43,708 nt of DNA, taken from positions 1 through 43,708 of IMG/VR virus record IMGVR_UViG_3300021066_000028. One strand, written 5' to 3'. The notes beneath the pieces were generated by a model that was not told where the DNA came from, did not search any database, and saw nothing but the letters and a program-made list of their open reading frames with translations. The DNA comes from a virus. Lineage: Duplodnaviria > Caudoviricetes. A program made the translations under genes and the position numbers. This document shows positions 9,839 to 17,892 of this stretch, piece after piece; position 1 is the first letter of the stretch, and the number at the start of each line of letters is the position of its first letter.

Positions 9839-9972
9839 CGCCACAAAATTCCAATGAGAGTGATAATCACCGCTGCGGCCTGTAGTAAGATTCCGGCTAA
9901 CATGATGTGCCGGGTCTTTCGGGAATACGCCATTTCCTCTTGATGCCGTCGTTCGATCTCGTCGTAAGTCAT
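9835..9972 (-). CDS. Small membrane protein (45 aa)
   Basis: MTYDEIERR...LAGILLQAAAVIITLIGILWR; ATGA-type overlaps at both ends. Confidence 0.45.
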   Translation of the reverse strand: MTYDEIERRHQEEMAYSRKTRHIMLAGILLQAAAVIITLIGILWR

Positions 9973-10199
9973 TCTCCAAGGTCGATGTGGACGCCGCAGC
10001 ACACGCAATCGAGCCGGCCTGCCTTGAATTGCTCCATCTCGTGTCCGCAAGCTGCGCAGACGTGCTCGGGGTCGGCAGCCGATGTTCGTGGCCACGCAAG
10101 GAAACAGGTAATCAGATTCACCGTCCCGTAACTCAGTCCGAGTCGATTCGGAATATTGCCGAACCCGCTTTGAGGATAGGCTAGCTGCGCCGTGTCCAT
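9969..10199 (-). CDS. Small Zn-ribbon protein (76 aa)
   Basis: CAAC...CVCC pair; AT-rich upstream region. Confidence 0.45.
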   Translation of the reverse strand: MDTAQLAYPQSGFGNIPNRLGLSYGTVNLITCFLAWPRTSAADPEHVCAACGHEMEQFKAGRLDCVCCGVHIDLGE

Positions 10200-10243
10200 A
10201 TTTTGTTAATGCGTCTTTACTATCCGATTGTCAAGGTGGTTGA

Positions 10244-10477
10244 TTATTTCCCCTTCCGCTCCCGATAATGTGGCACCGGGTAGAGCCGCTGCCCCGACCA
10301 GATGCGGAAGTTGCGGAGTTCCATCTCGCCATCTTCGACCGCGTCTCGAAGGCGCTCCCGGGTCTGCGCCGCACGTATCCCCCACTTCCGCGCCCACTCC
10401 CGGGCGGTGAACCATCCTTTCGGGACGATTTCGTCCTCGCGGCTAAGGGCCTCCGATAGTTTGACGAGCGTGTTCAT
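10244..10477 (-). CDS. Small winged-HTH-like protein (77 aa)
   Basis: VPKGWFTAREWARKWGIRAAQTRERLRDAVEDG pattern; coupled to the phosphoesterase stop. Confidence 0.5.
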   Translation of the reverse strand: MNTLVKLSEALSREDEIVPKGWFTAREWARKWGIRAAQTRERLRDAVEDGEMELRNFRIWSGQRLYPVPHYRERKGK

Positions 10478-11202
10478 ACCTCCAGCACGTCGGTCGCGCA
10501 CAGGAACCGGTTATCCACCCGCTCAGCCTGCCAGACATGAAAGGTACCTTTGCGTTCATCGATAACCCCGTAGGCCCAGCCATGAGCATGTCGAAGGCTG
10601 GCGATGTGCGCCCTCGAATACTCCATATTCAGTTGCGCCAGGCACCCCACCGAGCGCGCCATCGTTTTATCGATCCGCTCCAGTGTGACGTGATCGATCG
10701 AGTGAACGTGCCCGAAAAGGCAACTTCCATAGGTCAGCGCATGCTTCCGGGCGGCACCGATTCCCACGGAGTAGCCGTGCAGCATCTTCAACGAGCCAAT
10801 CTTCAGGACACCGGCCCGCTTGTCGTAGGGCTGCATCCTGCATTTGATCGCCTTGCATTCCTCGTTCACTTCACCGACGAGCCGGCGTGCCAAGTCGCTG
10901 ACTATCCCCTTATCCTGTTCCGCCAGATCCCAAAGACGCTCATCGTGATTCCCGCGGAGAAAGTATTGAGGAGCATACTCGGTCAGGAACTGTAGCCCGT
11001 CCGCATAGTCCCGAAGCATGGAGTCCCGCTTCTCCTCTTCGTCGGCCTTCTTCCGCATTGCTCGGAAATCCCACAGATCGCCGCCGAACACCTTGATCTG
11101 CGGTTTCCACGCTTTACAGAACTTCAGAAACGCTGCGACTGCCTTCCTGTCATGGCGATCACCATGCAAGTCAGAGCAGAAGACGAAGCGGCGGTAGCTC
11201 AC
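10474..11202 (-). CDS. Calcineurin-like metallophosphoesterase (242 aa)
   Basis: Motifs SDLHG, GGDLWD, GNHDER, LHG, FGHVH. Confidence 0.88.
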   Translation of the reverse strand: MSYRRFVFCSDLHGDRHDRKAVAAFLKFCKAWKPQIKVFGGDLWDFRAMRKKADEEEKRDSMLRDYADGLQFLTEYAPQYFLRGNHDERLWDLAEQDKGIVSDLARRLVGEVNEECKAIKCRMQPYDKRAGVLKIGSLKMLHGYSVGIGAARKHALTYGSCLFGHVHSIDHVTLERIDKTMARSVGCLAQLNMEYSRAHIASLRHAHGWAYGVIDERKGTFHVWQAERVDNRFLCATDVLEV

Positions 11203-11402
11203 TCAGTCGCTCCTCCGCTGTTAGTGAAGTCATTGAAGGAGTCTACCATACCCTTCGCGGCGAAGTAGTTTCCCGACCAGGCACGAACCATCTCCGTCTC
11301 ATCGCTCTCAGACCATGATGCGAGAATCACCACCGATTCAAACTGCTCGCCGAGCCTGTCGGCGGCCTCCTGCACGATACGGTGGCCGTCCTCCTGCGTC
11401 AT
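11199..11402 (-). CDS. Hypothetical protein (67 aa)
   Basis: Start MTQEDG at 11402 is coupled by ATGA to a 23-aa hydrophobic ORF (11399-11470). Confidence 0.45.
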   Translation of the reverse strand: MTQEDGHRIVQEAADRLGEQFESVVILASWSESDETEMVRAWSGNYFAAKGMVDSFNDFTNSGGATE

Positions 11403-11460
11403 CGTTTCGGAAACATGAGGATGATGGTCAGCAAACCCATACATCCGATTGCCGGACCCA

Positions 11461-11634
11461 CTACGCCCATTTCTCACCCTCCTTGGGTTTAAGCTGCGGC
11501 AGCTTCGGCGGGACCGGAACCATCAGGATGTAACGCTCGATGTGCTTCTCGATGACCCTAACGGGCTGAATCCTGACAACCTCTCGGGTCGCGCAGCCGG
11601 TGCAGAGAAGGAGGAGTAGCAGGGCGGGTTTCAT
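11461..11634 (-). CDS. Small lipoprotein (57 aa; not in the ORF track), possibly o-spanin-like
   Basis: MKPALLLLLLCTGC lipobox; Pro-rich C-terminus (VPVPPKLPQLKP). Confidence 0.5.
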   Translation of the reverse strand: MKPALLLLLLCTGCATREVVRIQPVRVIEKHIERYILMVPVPPKLPQLKPKEGEKWA

Positions 11635-11819
11635 TCGTCCATATCCTCAGCCGCTTCGGCGATGGCATCGCGAATTTGTTCTATGGACCCAAGGATGGGT
11701 ACGTCTAATCGCCCCTCTTTCGCACCGTCGCCGCCTGCGAGAACGTCGAGGGAAGCATTCACGGCATCCACTGGTAGCGTAACGGTTCTAATAACCGTAG
11801 AGAGCAGGTTGCCGAACAT
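11631..11819 (-). CDS. Hypothetical protein (62 aa)
   Basis: Operon-packed ORF MFGNLLSTVIRTVTLPVD. Confidence 0.5.
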   Translation of the reverse strand: MFGNLLSTVIRTVTLPVDAVNASLDVLAGGDGAKEGRLDVPILGSIEQIRDAIAEAAEDMDE

Positions 11820-11822
11820 AGC

Positions 11823-12014
11823 TTACTTCTGTTTCGCAAACGACCGATCCAACTTCACGACGCTCTTCCCGTCGCCGCGGAACTTGTTCGGGAGCGTTCC
11901 AGACAAGCCGATAGAGGCGTTGCCGTTCTGGTCGAGGGTTAGGCTCAGGTTGCAGCCGGTCAGTCCGAGCGGGATGACTGCCATCAGGCAGAGTTTGAGA
12001 ATGCCGAGTTTCAT
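11823..12014 (-). CDS. Small lipoprotein (63 aa)
   Basis: Signal peptide with LTGC lipobox. Confidence 0.55.
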   Translation of the reverse strand: MKLGILKLCLMAVIPLGLTGCNLSLTLDQNGNASIGLSGTLPNKFRGDGKSVVKLDRSFAKQK

Positions 12015-12022
12015 TTGAAAAC

Positions 12023-12096
12023 TGGTTGCTCCGCTGGGAATCGAACCCAGATCGCAAGGTTATGAGCCTTGCATGCTACCGTTGCACCACGCAGCT
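12023..12096 (-). tRNA. tRNA with CAT anticodon (Met/fMet or Ile2)
   Basis: Cloverleaf: D arm GTGC/GCAT, anticodon arm CAAGG-CTCATAA-CCTTG, T arm CTGGG-TTCGATT-CCCAG, encoded CCA; acceptor stem has A1:A72 and G5:G68 mismatches. Confidence 0.85.
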
Positions 12097-12142
12097 ACCT
12101 GCGCCCATACGCTTCCGTGATTCTTTATGCAAGCGAAATAGT

Positions 12143-12170
12143 TTGACGACGGTGTGTTCGATGGTAGAAA
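12143..12170 (+). promoter_or_regulatory. Putative sigma70-type promoter overlapping TGACGACGGTGT box 1
   Basis: TTGACG-16 nt-TAGAAA; the box at 12144-12155 recurs at 13416 (reverse) and 33384. Confidence 0.5.
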
Positions 12171-12178
12171 CGGCGTAG

Positions 12179-12270
12179 GTTCGCTGAGTAAGAGCGAGCA
12201 AACTGTTTGGAGCCCTCCTGTTCCAACACTTGAAGCTCGTCGTGCTTACTCCACGGCGGGCTTCTTTGCT
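12179..12270 (+). ncRNA. Kissing-loop leader/attenuator, copy 1
   Basis: Hairpin TCGCT-GAGTAAG-AGCGA, then terminator-like AAGCTCGTCGTG-CTTACTC-CACGGCGGGCTT + T-rich tail; the two loops are complementary. Confidence 0.6.
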
Positions 12271-12272
12271 TT

Positions 12273-12491
12273 ATGACCACACAAAAGGAAAAGGAAGTGA
12301 CCGCGTTCCAGATGCTCAGAGCCTTTGCTGGCATTCTGGTCTATATCGGTACCTGTATTCTTCTGGCGCGCGTTGGCTGGGATATTGGTCAGCTTCTACG
12401 CCAAAGAGAGAAGGTCGCGGCGCTTGAGGCTGAGGTGAGGGCCCTGAGGGCTGGCGCGCCGGTCGTCATCACCAACGGAGGGCGGAAGTGA
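12273..12491 (+). CDS. Small membrane/coiled-coil protein (72 aa)
   Basis: One hydrophobic segment followed by a coiled coil; first gene of the + strand island. Confidence 0.5.
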   Translation: MTTQKEKEVTAFQMLRAFAGILVYIGTCILLARVGWDIGQLLRQREKVAALEAEVRALRAGAPVVITNGGRK

Positions 12492-12691
12492 AGCTTCTGC
12501 CCGCTGATATTTCAGCCACCACATGGAAGCGATGGTTTATGGGTGTGACCTGTGAGTTCAATCGGCCATGGCTGGTTGAGCCGACATCGCTATTTGGTTT
12601 TGCCCGCATCTACACCCCGCCCTTCCGCCTCAAGAACCTCCCGCCGATCGACGCGCCGAAGCGCAGGTTGGCGGATGAGCCTATGCCATGA
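12488..12691 (+). CDS. Hypothetical protein (67 aa)
   Basis: GTGA/ATGA coupling with both neighbours. Confidence 0.45.
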   Translation: MKLLPADISATTWKRWFMGVTCEFNRPWLVEPTSLFGFARIYTPPFRLKNLPPIDAPKRRLADEPMP

Positions 12692-13092
12692 CCGCCGACC
12701 TTTTCCGAGACACTTTCCTTCGCTTCTTGGCAGAAGGCATGACGCACGCTGAGGCGCTGGCCGAGTTTAACCGCGGCGAGTGGAACGAGGCGATGAACGC
12801 CGAGATCATGGAGGGTGGATCAAATCGTTCCGACTCCCTGCTGGACCTTGCGGCAAAGGCTGGATTCGAGGAGCGCAATCTTCGCGACTTGGACCAAGCA
12901 ATCGAGCTTTGGCAGGCAGGATGGACCAGCGAAGACCCTAATCCTCAGCGCGATCACTCGTGCTTCTGGAGCCAGAGCCAAGTGATGAGTTGGTATTGGC
13001 GGGCTCCAAGCAAGCGACCGGGTAAACCGGGCCGTCGCTACCTTTCAACAAATCAGGCTTTCAACGCCATGAAGAAGGCCGGCCAGCAATGA
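12688..13092 (+). CDS. Hypothetical protein (134 aa)
   Basis: Coupled ORF, Trp-rich C-terminal half. Confidence 0.55.
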   Translation: MTADLFRDTFLRFLAEGMTHAEALAEFNRGEWNEAMNAEIMEGGSNRSDSLLDLAAKAGFEERNLRDLDQAIELWQAGWTSEDPNPQRDHSCFWSQSQVMSWYWRAPSKRPGKPGRRYLSTNQAFNAMKKAGQQ

Positions 13093-13170
13093 AACGCCTC
13101 CGCCTCTTCAACTGGCGCGGCTACTGCAAGAACTGCGGTTGGCCCAAGAGTCTTTGCGGGTGCAGGTGAT

Positions 13171-13371
13171 ATGAGAAAACCATACCTGGTCGAGCTGATG
13201 AAGCAGTTCGGGACTTCAGGTCTAGGATCCGTGCAATCCGACCAACCGAAGCCGCTAAGTGCACGAAAGTGCGTGAAAACGCACACATGGACCACCAAGA
13301 AGTTCAACCGCCGCTGCTCTAAGTGCGGCGTCGAGGAGGATTTTAATTCCAGGACAAGAGAGTGGGAGTGA
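13171..13371 (+). CDS. Hypothetical Zn-binding protein (66 aa)
   Basis: C..H.W...RRCSKCG; preceded by a 26-aa four-Cys micro-ORF (13089-13169). Confidence 0.4.
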   Translation: MRKPYLVELMKQFGTSGLGSVQSDQPKPLSARKCVKTHTWTTKKFNRRCSKCGVEEDFNSRTREWE

Positions 13372-13390
13372 ATAGGCCTACAGTCTTTAG

Positions 13391-13427
13391 TTGACACACC
13401 TTAATCTTTTCCGCTACACCGTCGTCA
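13391..13427 (+). promoter_or_regulatory. Putative promoter with TGACGACGGTGT box 2 (reverse orientation)
   Basis: TTGACA at 13391, TACACC at 13415; ACACCGTCGTCA at 13416-13427. Confidence 0.5.
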
Positions 13428-13515
13428 GTTCGCGAGTTCAGCCGCGATGCAGCTTTCCGGGGAGACCCATTAAAGCCCGCCTTGTGGCTGAACTCACAGG
13501 CGGGCTTCCTCGTTT
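13428..13515 (+). ncRNA. Kissing-loop leader/attenuator, copy 2
   Basis: TCGCG-AGTTCAGC-CGCGA, then AAGCCCGCCTTGTG-GCTGAACT-CACAGGCGGGCTT; the two loops are complementary. Confidence 0.6.
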
Positions 13516-13532
13516 AGAGGGTGTTCTTTGAG

Positions 13533-14063
13533 ATCAGCAATGAAAGGGAGCGCAGACCGTAAGCGTTCGTCGTGGTCCGGCCGCGTAGCGACGACTCCCG
13601 ATGCTAACCTACCGAGCCCTTCGGTGGTCGAAAGCTGCCGCATCCATTGCTGATTTCAGAGAACCAAAGCCCACAAGCCGCGGAACGTAATCACTGGCGC
13701 AGGAGAGTAGCCGAAAGGCGAAGCACCCACGGGACCGGCGCTCAGGGAAGAACACGGGGGAAGAGTCTGGTCACGCGGACTCGGCGACACGGTGGTTCTT
13801 GGCCGGCACGAAGCCCGGTTTTGCTGCCAGTGCTGCCAGTGCAGATGGGTATGCGCAGCGTCCCGCCTCACCTCGAGGAACAGGACACCCGACATTGCAG
13901 GATCAGCCCTGCTATCCGCCGACATCTCCTCTGTTATGTCGGTTGTGGGGGCGTGTTATTGCGCGGTCACGTTCGCTTCCTCGGCGCCCGATTCGTCGCT
14001 TGGCTGACTTTTGGGTGATCGAACCAGTCAGACCGCGTTAGATAATAGAAACTATACGCCCCC
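13533..14063 (+). ncRNA. Putative structured non-coding RNA(s)
   Basis: No credible ORF; nested helices ATCAGCAATG/CATTGCTGAT (13533/13654), GGGGGCGT/ACGCCCCC (13947/14063), CGCGGTC/GACCGCG, CTGACT/AGTCAG, GNRA-capped GCCGAAAGGC. Confidence 0.45.
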
Positions 14064-14539
14064 GGCCTGGGCGAAAGGGAGGGGCGGGGCCGGCCAGGTG
14101 GTCGCCCAAACGTCACGCATTCCTTGCTCTCGCACGCGCGCACGTAGATTCGAGTCCAGATCTGCGCCGAACCTAGAGACGATCGGTAGGTTTCGCGTCA
14201 GTCGCAACAAGGTGTCGCAAGAAGGGAAATTTATGTGAGAGGGCAAAGTGGCAAACTGCCGATTGACAAGCACTTACGAAGACGAGCGCGCCACAACATC
14301 AACCAACACTCAAAAGTTAAAATAGCGATTTACGCAGCCTTGATGCGATGTGGTTGGCTATCGATCTGCAGGCCTCGAAATGCGGTGCGATTGCACGCAT
14401 GCGCGATGGGTTGGCGCTGTTGTGCTAGTCTTCCTGCCTTCTCCCATTCTCCCCTGCTTATCGCGTCACACTCGTGACATACTGCCGCTTACCCGTGACG
14501 CCACCCCGCAAGAGGTATGACGACGTCGTGTCGATGCGC

Positions 14540-14842
14540 TTATTGCCGCGGGGCCTGAATAGCCGCTCGAATCTCCTCTACCTCAATCACCTCGTCGGCC
14601 TTCTTCACGCGCACCCAATTCGGGTTCTGCGGGTGCCGCTCAAGGATGCCGCGCAGTTCGGCGTATTCAACAATCTCGGATAAAGCCGATTTCGTCTCCT
14701 CGTCGTACGCCACGTCTCGCCACCCATCCTCGACCAGTTGCTTGTCCGGCACATTGCAGCCGATCGACTCGATGTCGCTGAAAGCCCTTTCGTCGGCGAG
14801 TTTGATTGCGAGAGCGATGGTCTTGGGCGTGAGAGGATTCAT
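14540..14842 (-). CDS. Hypothetical protein (100 aa)
   Basis: Last ORF of the leftward replication operon; likely start MNPLTPKT. Confidence 0.5.
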   Translation of the reverse strand: MNPLTPKTIALAIKLADERAFSDIESIGCNVPDKQLVEDGWRDVAYDEETKSALSEIVEYAELRGILERHPQNPNWVRVKKADEVIEVEEIRAAIQAPRQ

Positions 14843-14944
14843 GCCGCGACTCAATCCTGCCTCCCTGCCGTGTTCAAGCGTCCGAATGGTCGCCAGCGAT
14901 GCTCCGACGCGACCACGGGCGCTTTAGAGCGATTGCGGGCCTGT

Positions 14945-16183
14945 TTAGCGGGTCCTCGCCAAGTCCGCGAACTGGAAGTGCTCGCCAACGTAAGCCACTT
15001 GGAGTTCTACACCGCTTCGACCGTTGCGTTGAACGAGCCGCAGCTTGCGGACACCGGGATCGTCCGCGAACTCGATGAAGACCACGGTGGTTGCATCCAT
15101 GCCGAGTGACCGCGATTCCCGAAGTTTGCCGTCGTCGTTCACCTGTGAAAGCAGGACAATGCAAATCTGCTGCTGCATGGACAGCTTGCGCAGGGTTCGG
15201 CTGATGATGGCCACCTCGCGCTCCCGGCTCTCGCCGCTGTGACCAACACCCAGGAGTTGCGCGTAGTCCACGAAGATCGCGAACAGGTCCGGGAATGCGG
15301 CTTTCATCTGCCGGGCGGTGCCGATCAGTTCCGCGAGGTCGAAGATGTCGTCCCGAAACATGATTGGCGCCGGCGCGAGCTTGGCTGCGGCTTGGGTTAG
15401 GTTCGGGAAATCTCGCTCGTTAAGGGTGCCGTCACGGGCCGCAGAGGCTGAGATGCGGCCGACCTGGCAGATCAATCGCTCCACGTTCTCCACGCTCGGC
15501 ATTTCGAGCCCGAAGAAGGCGCAACGTTTGTTGTGGGAGACGGCCAAGGAAGCGAGCAGCGTGGCCGCCAGCGAGCTTTTGCCGCCCTTGGCTGGCCCGG
15601 CGATCACCCATTGCGAGCCTTGGCGCAGACCGCCGGTCTCCCGATCGAGCGAGGGAATGCCCGTGGAGACTCCCGCCTCGTCCTGGTCATACCGCTTTTG
15701 CAGCCGGCCAATCGCTTCCTGCACGAGCGCCTTCATGGTCGGGGTTTTCTTTCGCGCGCGGTCCTGGCCGATCTCCTCAATGCCCGCCATCACGTCCGAG
15801 AGCGTTTTCGACACGTCGCAGCCGGGTCCCTGGATCTCGGCGAGCTTATCCCGCAGGAGCGCCGTGGCGCGCCGTTGGGCCGCCTTGTCCTTCACGGCCC
15901 GAACGTGCTCGTTCAGCGTGGCCGGCATGCTCGATTGCCCGAACAGCGTGGCGAGACGCCCTGCGCCCCCGGCGTCCTCGAGCTTCTGCTTATCCCGCAG
16001 CCGCCCGATGACGGAGGGTAGGTCGAAGTCCTGCCCTTCGCTGAACAGGCCCAGGATTTCCCGGTAAACGACGGCGTTGGGCGCGCTCAGGTGATCCGGG
16101 CGAATCTCGGAGCAAACGTAGGGTGTCGATTGCGCTGGAAAGGCCAGCAGGCTGGAAATGATCGCGTCTTCGTTTTCGGTCAT
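14945..16183 (-). CDS. dnaB: DnaB-like replicative helicase (412 aa)
   Basis: N-terminal DnaB domain (EDAIISSLL), VSTGIPSLD, Walker A AGPAKGGKS, FFGLEM, VDYAQL, LLSQVN, LRES. Confidence 0.9.
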   Translation of the reverse strand: MTENEDAIISSLLAFPAQSTPYVCSEIRPDHLSAPNAVVYREILGLFSEGQDFDLPSVIGRLRDKQKLEDAGGAGRLATLFGQSSMPATLNEHVRAVKDKAAQRRATALLRDKLAEIQGPGCDVSKTLSDVMAGIEEIGQDRARKKTPTMKALVQEAIGRLQKRYDQDEAGVSTGIPSLDRETGGLRQGSQWVIAGPAKGGKSSLAATLLASLAVSHNKRCAFFGLEMPSVENVERLICQVGRISASAARDGTLNERDFPNLTQAAAKLAPAPIMFRDDIFDLAELIGTARQMKAAFPDLFAIFVDYAQLLGVGHSGESREREVAIISRTLRKLSMQQQICIVLLSQVNDDGKLRESRSLGMDATTVVFIEFADDPGVRKLRLVQRNGRSGVELQVAYVGEHFQFADLARTR

Positions 16184-16905
16184 AGGAATGGGACTCCGGC
16201 GGTTCCTGGGATGCGCGGTGCGGAGTCGATCGGGATCATTTCATCCTCCCACCGCCGGGCATTCAGCCAAGAAGCAGGGAGCGGGATGTATTGACCTCCA
16301 TCCTTCAGCCAGTCCGGCGACTTTCTCTGCAAAGCGATGGCGTTGAGGATGACTGTGATGTCCACGCCTACTTTCTTCCACGCCTTCTCAGCATCAGCCT
16401 TGGCCCGCTTCTTCGGATAGGCTTGCCAGAAGATATCGAACTCCAAGGCCGACCTCCCCCGCCGACGAGTGTCGGGATCGTTGTCGGGATCGTTGTCGGT
16501 ATCGGTATCGGAGTCGGGAGCATCTGTATGCGGCTGCGTACAGATGTTTGCAGATGTTTGCGTCTGTAAACAAGTGCTCGCAGGCGGCGGGTCAGGGCAT
16601 TTGCTTGTAATCGCTCTACCTTGTTCCCATTTAGCCATTTGCAGGTATGCCTTGCCGTCAACGACGTAGAGACGAAGGAGCCCGGCTTGCTCGCAGTCAT
16701 GCAGCAAACGTGACACATCGGCCTCTCGGACCTGTTCTAGCTTTAATGGGAATAGTTTTGCGCGAAGGATCTTGGGGTGTGCTTCAATACGCCCAAAGTC
16801 GTCTACTTTTACGAGCAAGCGCGTCCAGAATGCCTCACCAATCCAACTCAGGGAATTGACGCGCTCGCTCTCAATGTAAGATTCTCGAAGGTATCGGTTG
16901 GGCAT
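16180..16905 (-). CDS. Phage replication initiator (241 aa)
   Basis: N-terminal MPNRYLRES..LLVKVDDFGR HTH region, low-complexity linker, C-terminal FDIFWQAYPKK..GQYIPLPASWLNARRWEDE; coupled to the helicase. Confidence 0.85.
   Translation of the reverse strand: MPNRYLRESYIESERVNSLSWIGEAFWTRLLVKVDDFGRIEAHPKILRAKLFPLKLEQVREADVSRLLHDCEQAGLLRLYVVDGKAYLQMAKWEQGRAITSKCPDPPPASTCLQTQTSANICTQPHTDAPDSDTDTDNDPDNDPDTRRRGRSALEFDIFWQAYPKKRAKADAEKAWKKVGVDITVILNAIALQRKSPDWLKDGGQYIPLPASWLNARRWEDEMIPIDSAPRIPGTAGVPFL
16471..16575. repeat. Iteron-like repeats inside the initiator gene (candidate ori)
   Basis: GTCGGGATCGTT x2 plus degenerate copies; CAGATGTTTG x2 (16541-16560) with an inverted CATCTGTA (16521). 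Confidence 0.45.
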
Positions 16906-16906
16906 A

Positions 16907-17056
16907 TTATTTCCAGGGGATGCCCGCGGCTTTCGCTAGGGCCTTGTGTTTTGCTTCAGCTTTGCGCCGAGCCTCACGCCATGCCTCTTCAGACGGCCAG
17001 CCGTGCGCCTTCCATGCCGGCACTGGCTCTTTTGGTTTGGGCTTTCGATCGCTCAT
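16907..17056 (-). CDS. Small basic protein (49 aa)
   Basis: MSDRKPKPKEP... fills the gap between neighbours. Confidence 0.4.
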   Translation of the reverse strand: MSDRKPKPKEPVPAWKAHGWPSEEAWREARRKAEAKHKALAKAAGIPWK

Positions 17057-17063
17057 AATCCTC

Positions 17064-17396
17064 TCACTCCTCTCTCCCCACCCGTTCGAACGCGCGGAGG
17101 GCTGCGCGCGCTTTGGCCCATTGCGCCGGTGCTCGGCTGGCGAGGTAGGGCAATGCGGCCTCCAGCGCCTCGTGCATTTGGCCCAGCAGGCGCTCCAGCT
17201 CCTCAGTACGCTCCTTGAGCCGTGTGAGGTAAACCAGTTGGTCAGCGGCCTCCTGCTGCGCGTGCTCGGCCCATTTGGAGGCAGGGAGTTGGTTATCGGC
17301 GACCGTGACGCCATACTTGGCGATGCCGAGCTGTTGGCGCTGGGCAATCAGTCGGCAGGCTTCCGCCTCGGTTCCGGTGGGCAGCGGGTCAGTCAT
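17064..17396 (-). CDS. Hypothetical protein, possibly MazG-like nucleotide pyrophosphohydrolase fold (110 aa)
   Basis: R..LG..KYG....W..HAQQEAAD..VYL helical pattern. Confidence 0.4.
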   Translation of the reverse strand: MTDPLPTGTEAEACRLIAQRQQLGIAKYGVTVADNQLPASKWAEHAQQEAADQLVYLTRLKERTEELERLLGQMHEALEAALPYLASRAPAQWAKARAALRAFERVGREE

Positions 17397-17892
17397 GGCG
17401 AAGGGTGATGGTCTGGCCGAGGTTCGCGGCCTTGAGGGTTTCAGCGTTCTCGATTCCGTAAGCGACGAGGCAGATAGGTGCGCCCGAGTTGAACGGCGCC
17501 CTTGTTCCGTCCACGTAGTGAAAATGCGGCCTGCCCTTCACGAAACACACCGCGGTCGCCTTCGGCCAAACATGCTCGAAAAACATGCGGGTTTCGGTCC
17601 GGGCTGGAATCAGCGCGATGCCGTTCCCGTGTTCAGCTAGCTTTGCCAACCACTTTGCGGCCTCGCTGCCGAACGGCGGGTTGCACCAGACACGCCCGGT
17701 CCATTCTTTACTCAAGCCGTCTTCAGCGATCGTAAAGTGATGCAGCGCCGTCGGCCATGGGCGCTTGATTGGCGCGCAGGGGTCCAGAACGAAGTCCCCC
17801 AGCGGCTTCAGGATCTCCGGCGGAGTCAGCCACTCGTCATTCTTCATCCGGGCTGATTGATGGCCCGAAAGGCTCTTTCTCGCCTCACTCAT
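17389..17892 (-). CDS. Phage DNA N6-adenine methyltransferase (167 aa)
   Basis: DEWLTPP, LDPCA, DGLSKEW..VWCNPPF, LIPARTET. Confidence 0.88.
   Translation of the reverse strand: MSEARKSLSGHQSARMKNDEWLTPPEILKPLGDFVLDPCAPIKRPWPTALHHFTIAEDGLSKEWTGRVWCNPPFGSEAAKWLAKLAEHGNGIALIPARTETRMFFEHVWPKATAVCFVKGRPHFHYVDGTRAPFNSGAPICLVAYGIENAETLKAANLGQTITLRHD

Noticed and set aside
16471-16520. CRISPR-like or DGR-like repeats
   Set aside because: Short tandem repeats without spacers that encode a DNDPD linker; no cas or reverse transcriptase gene is seen in the window.
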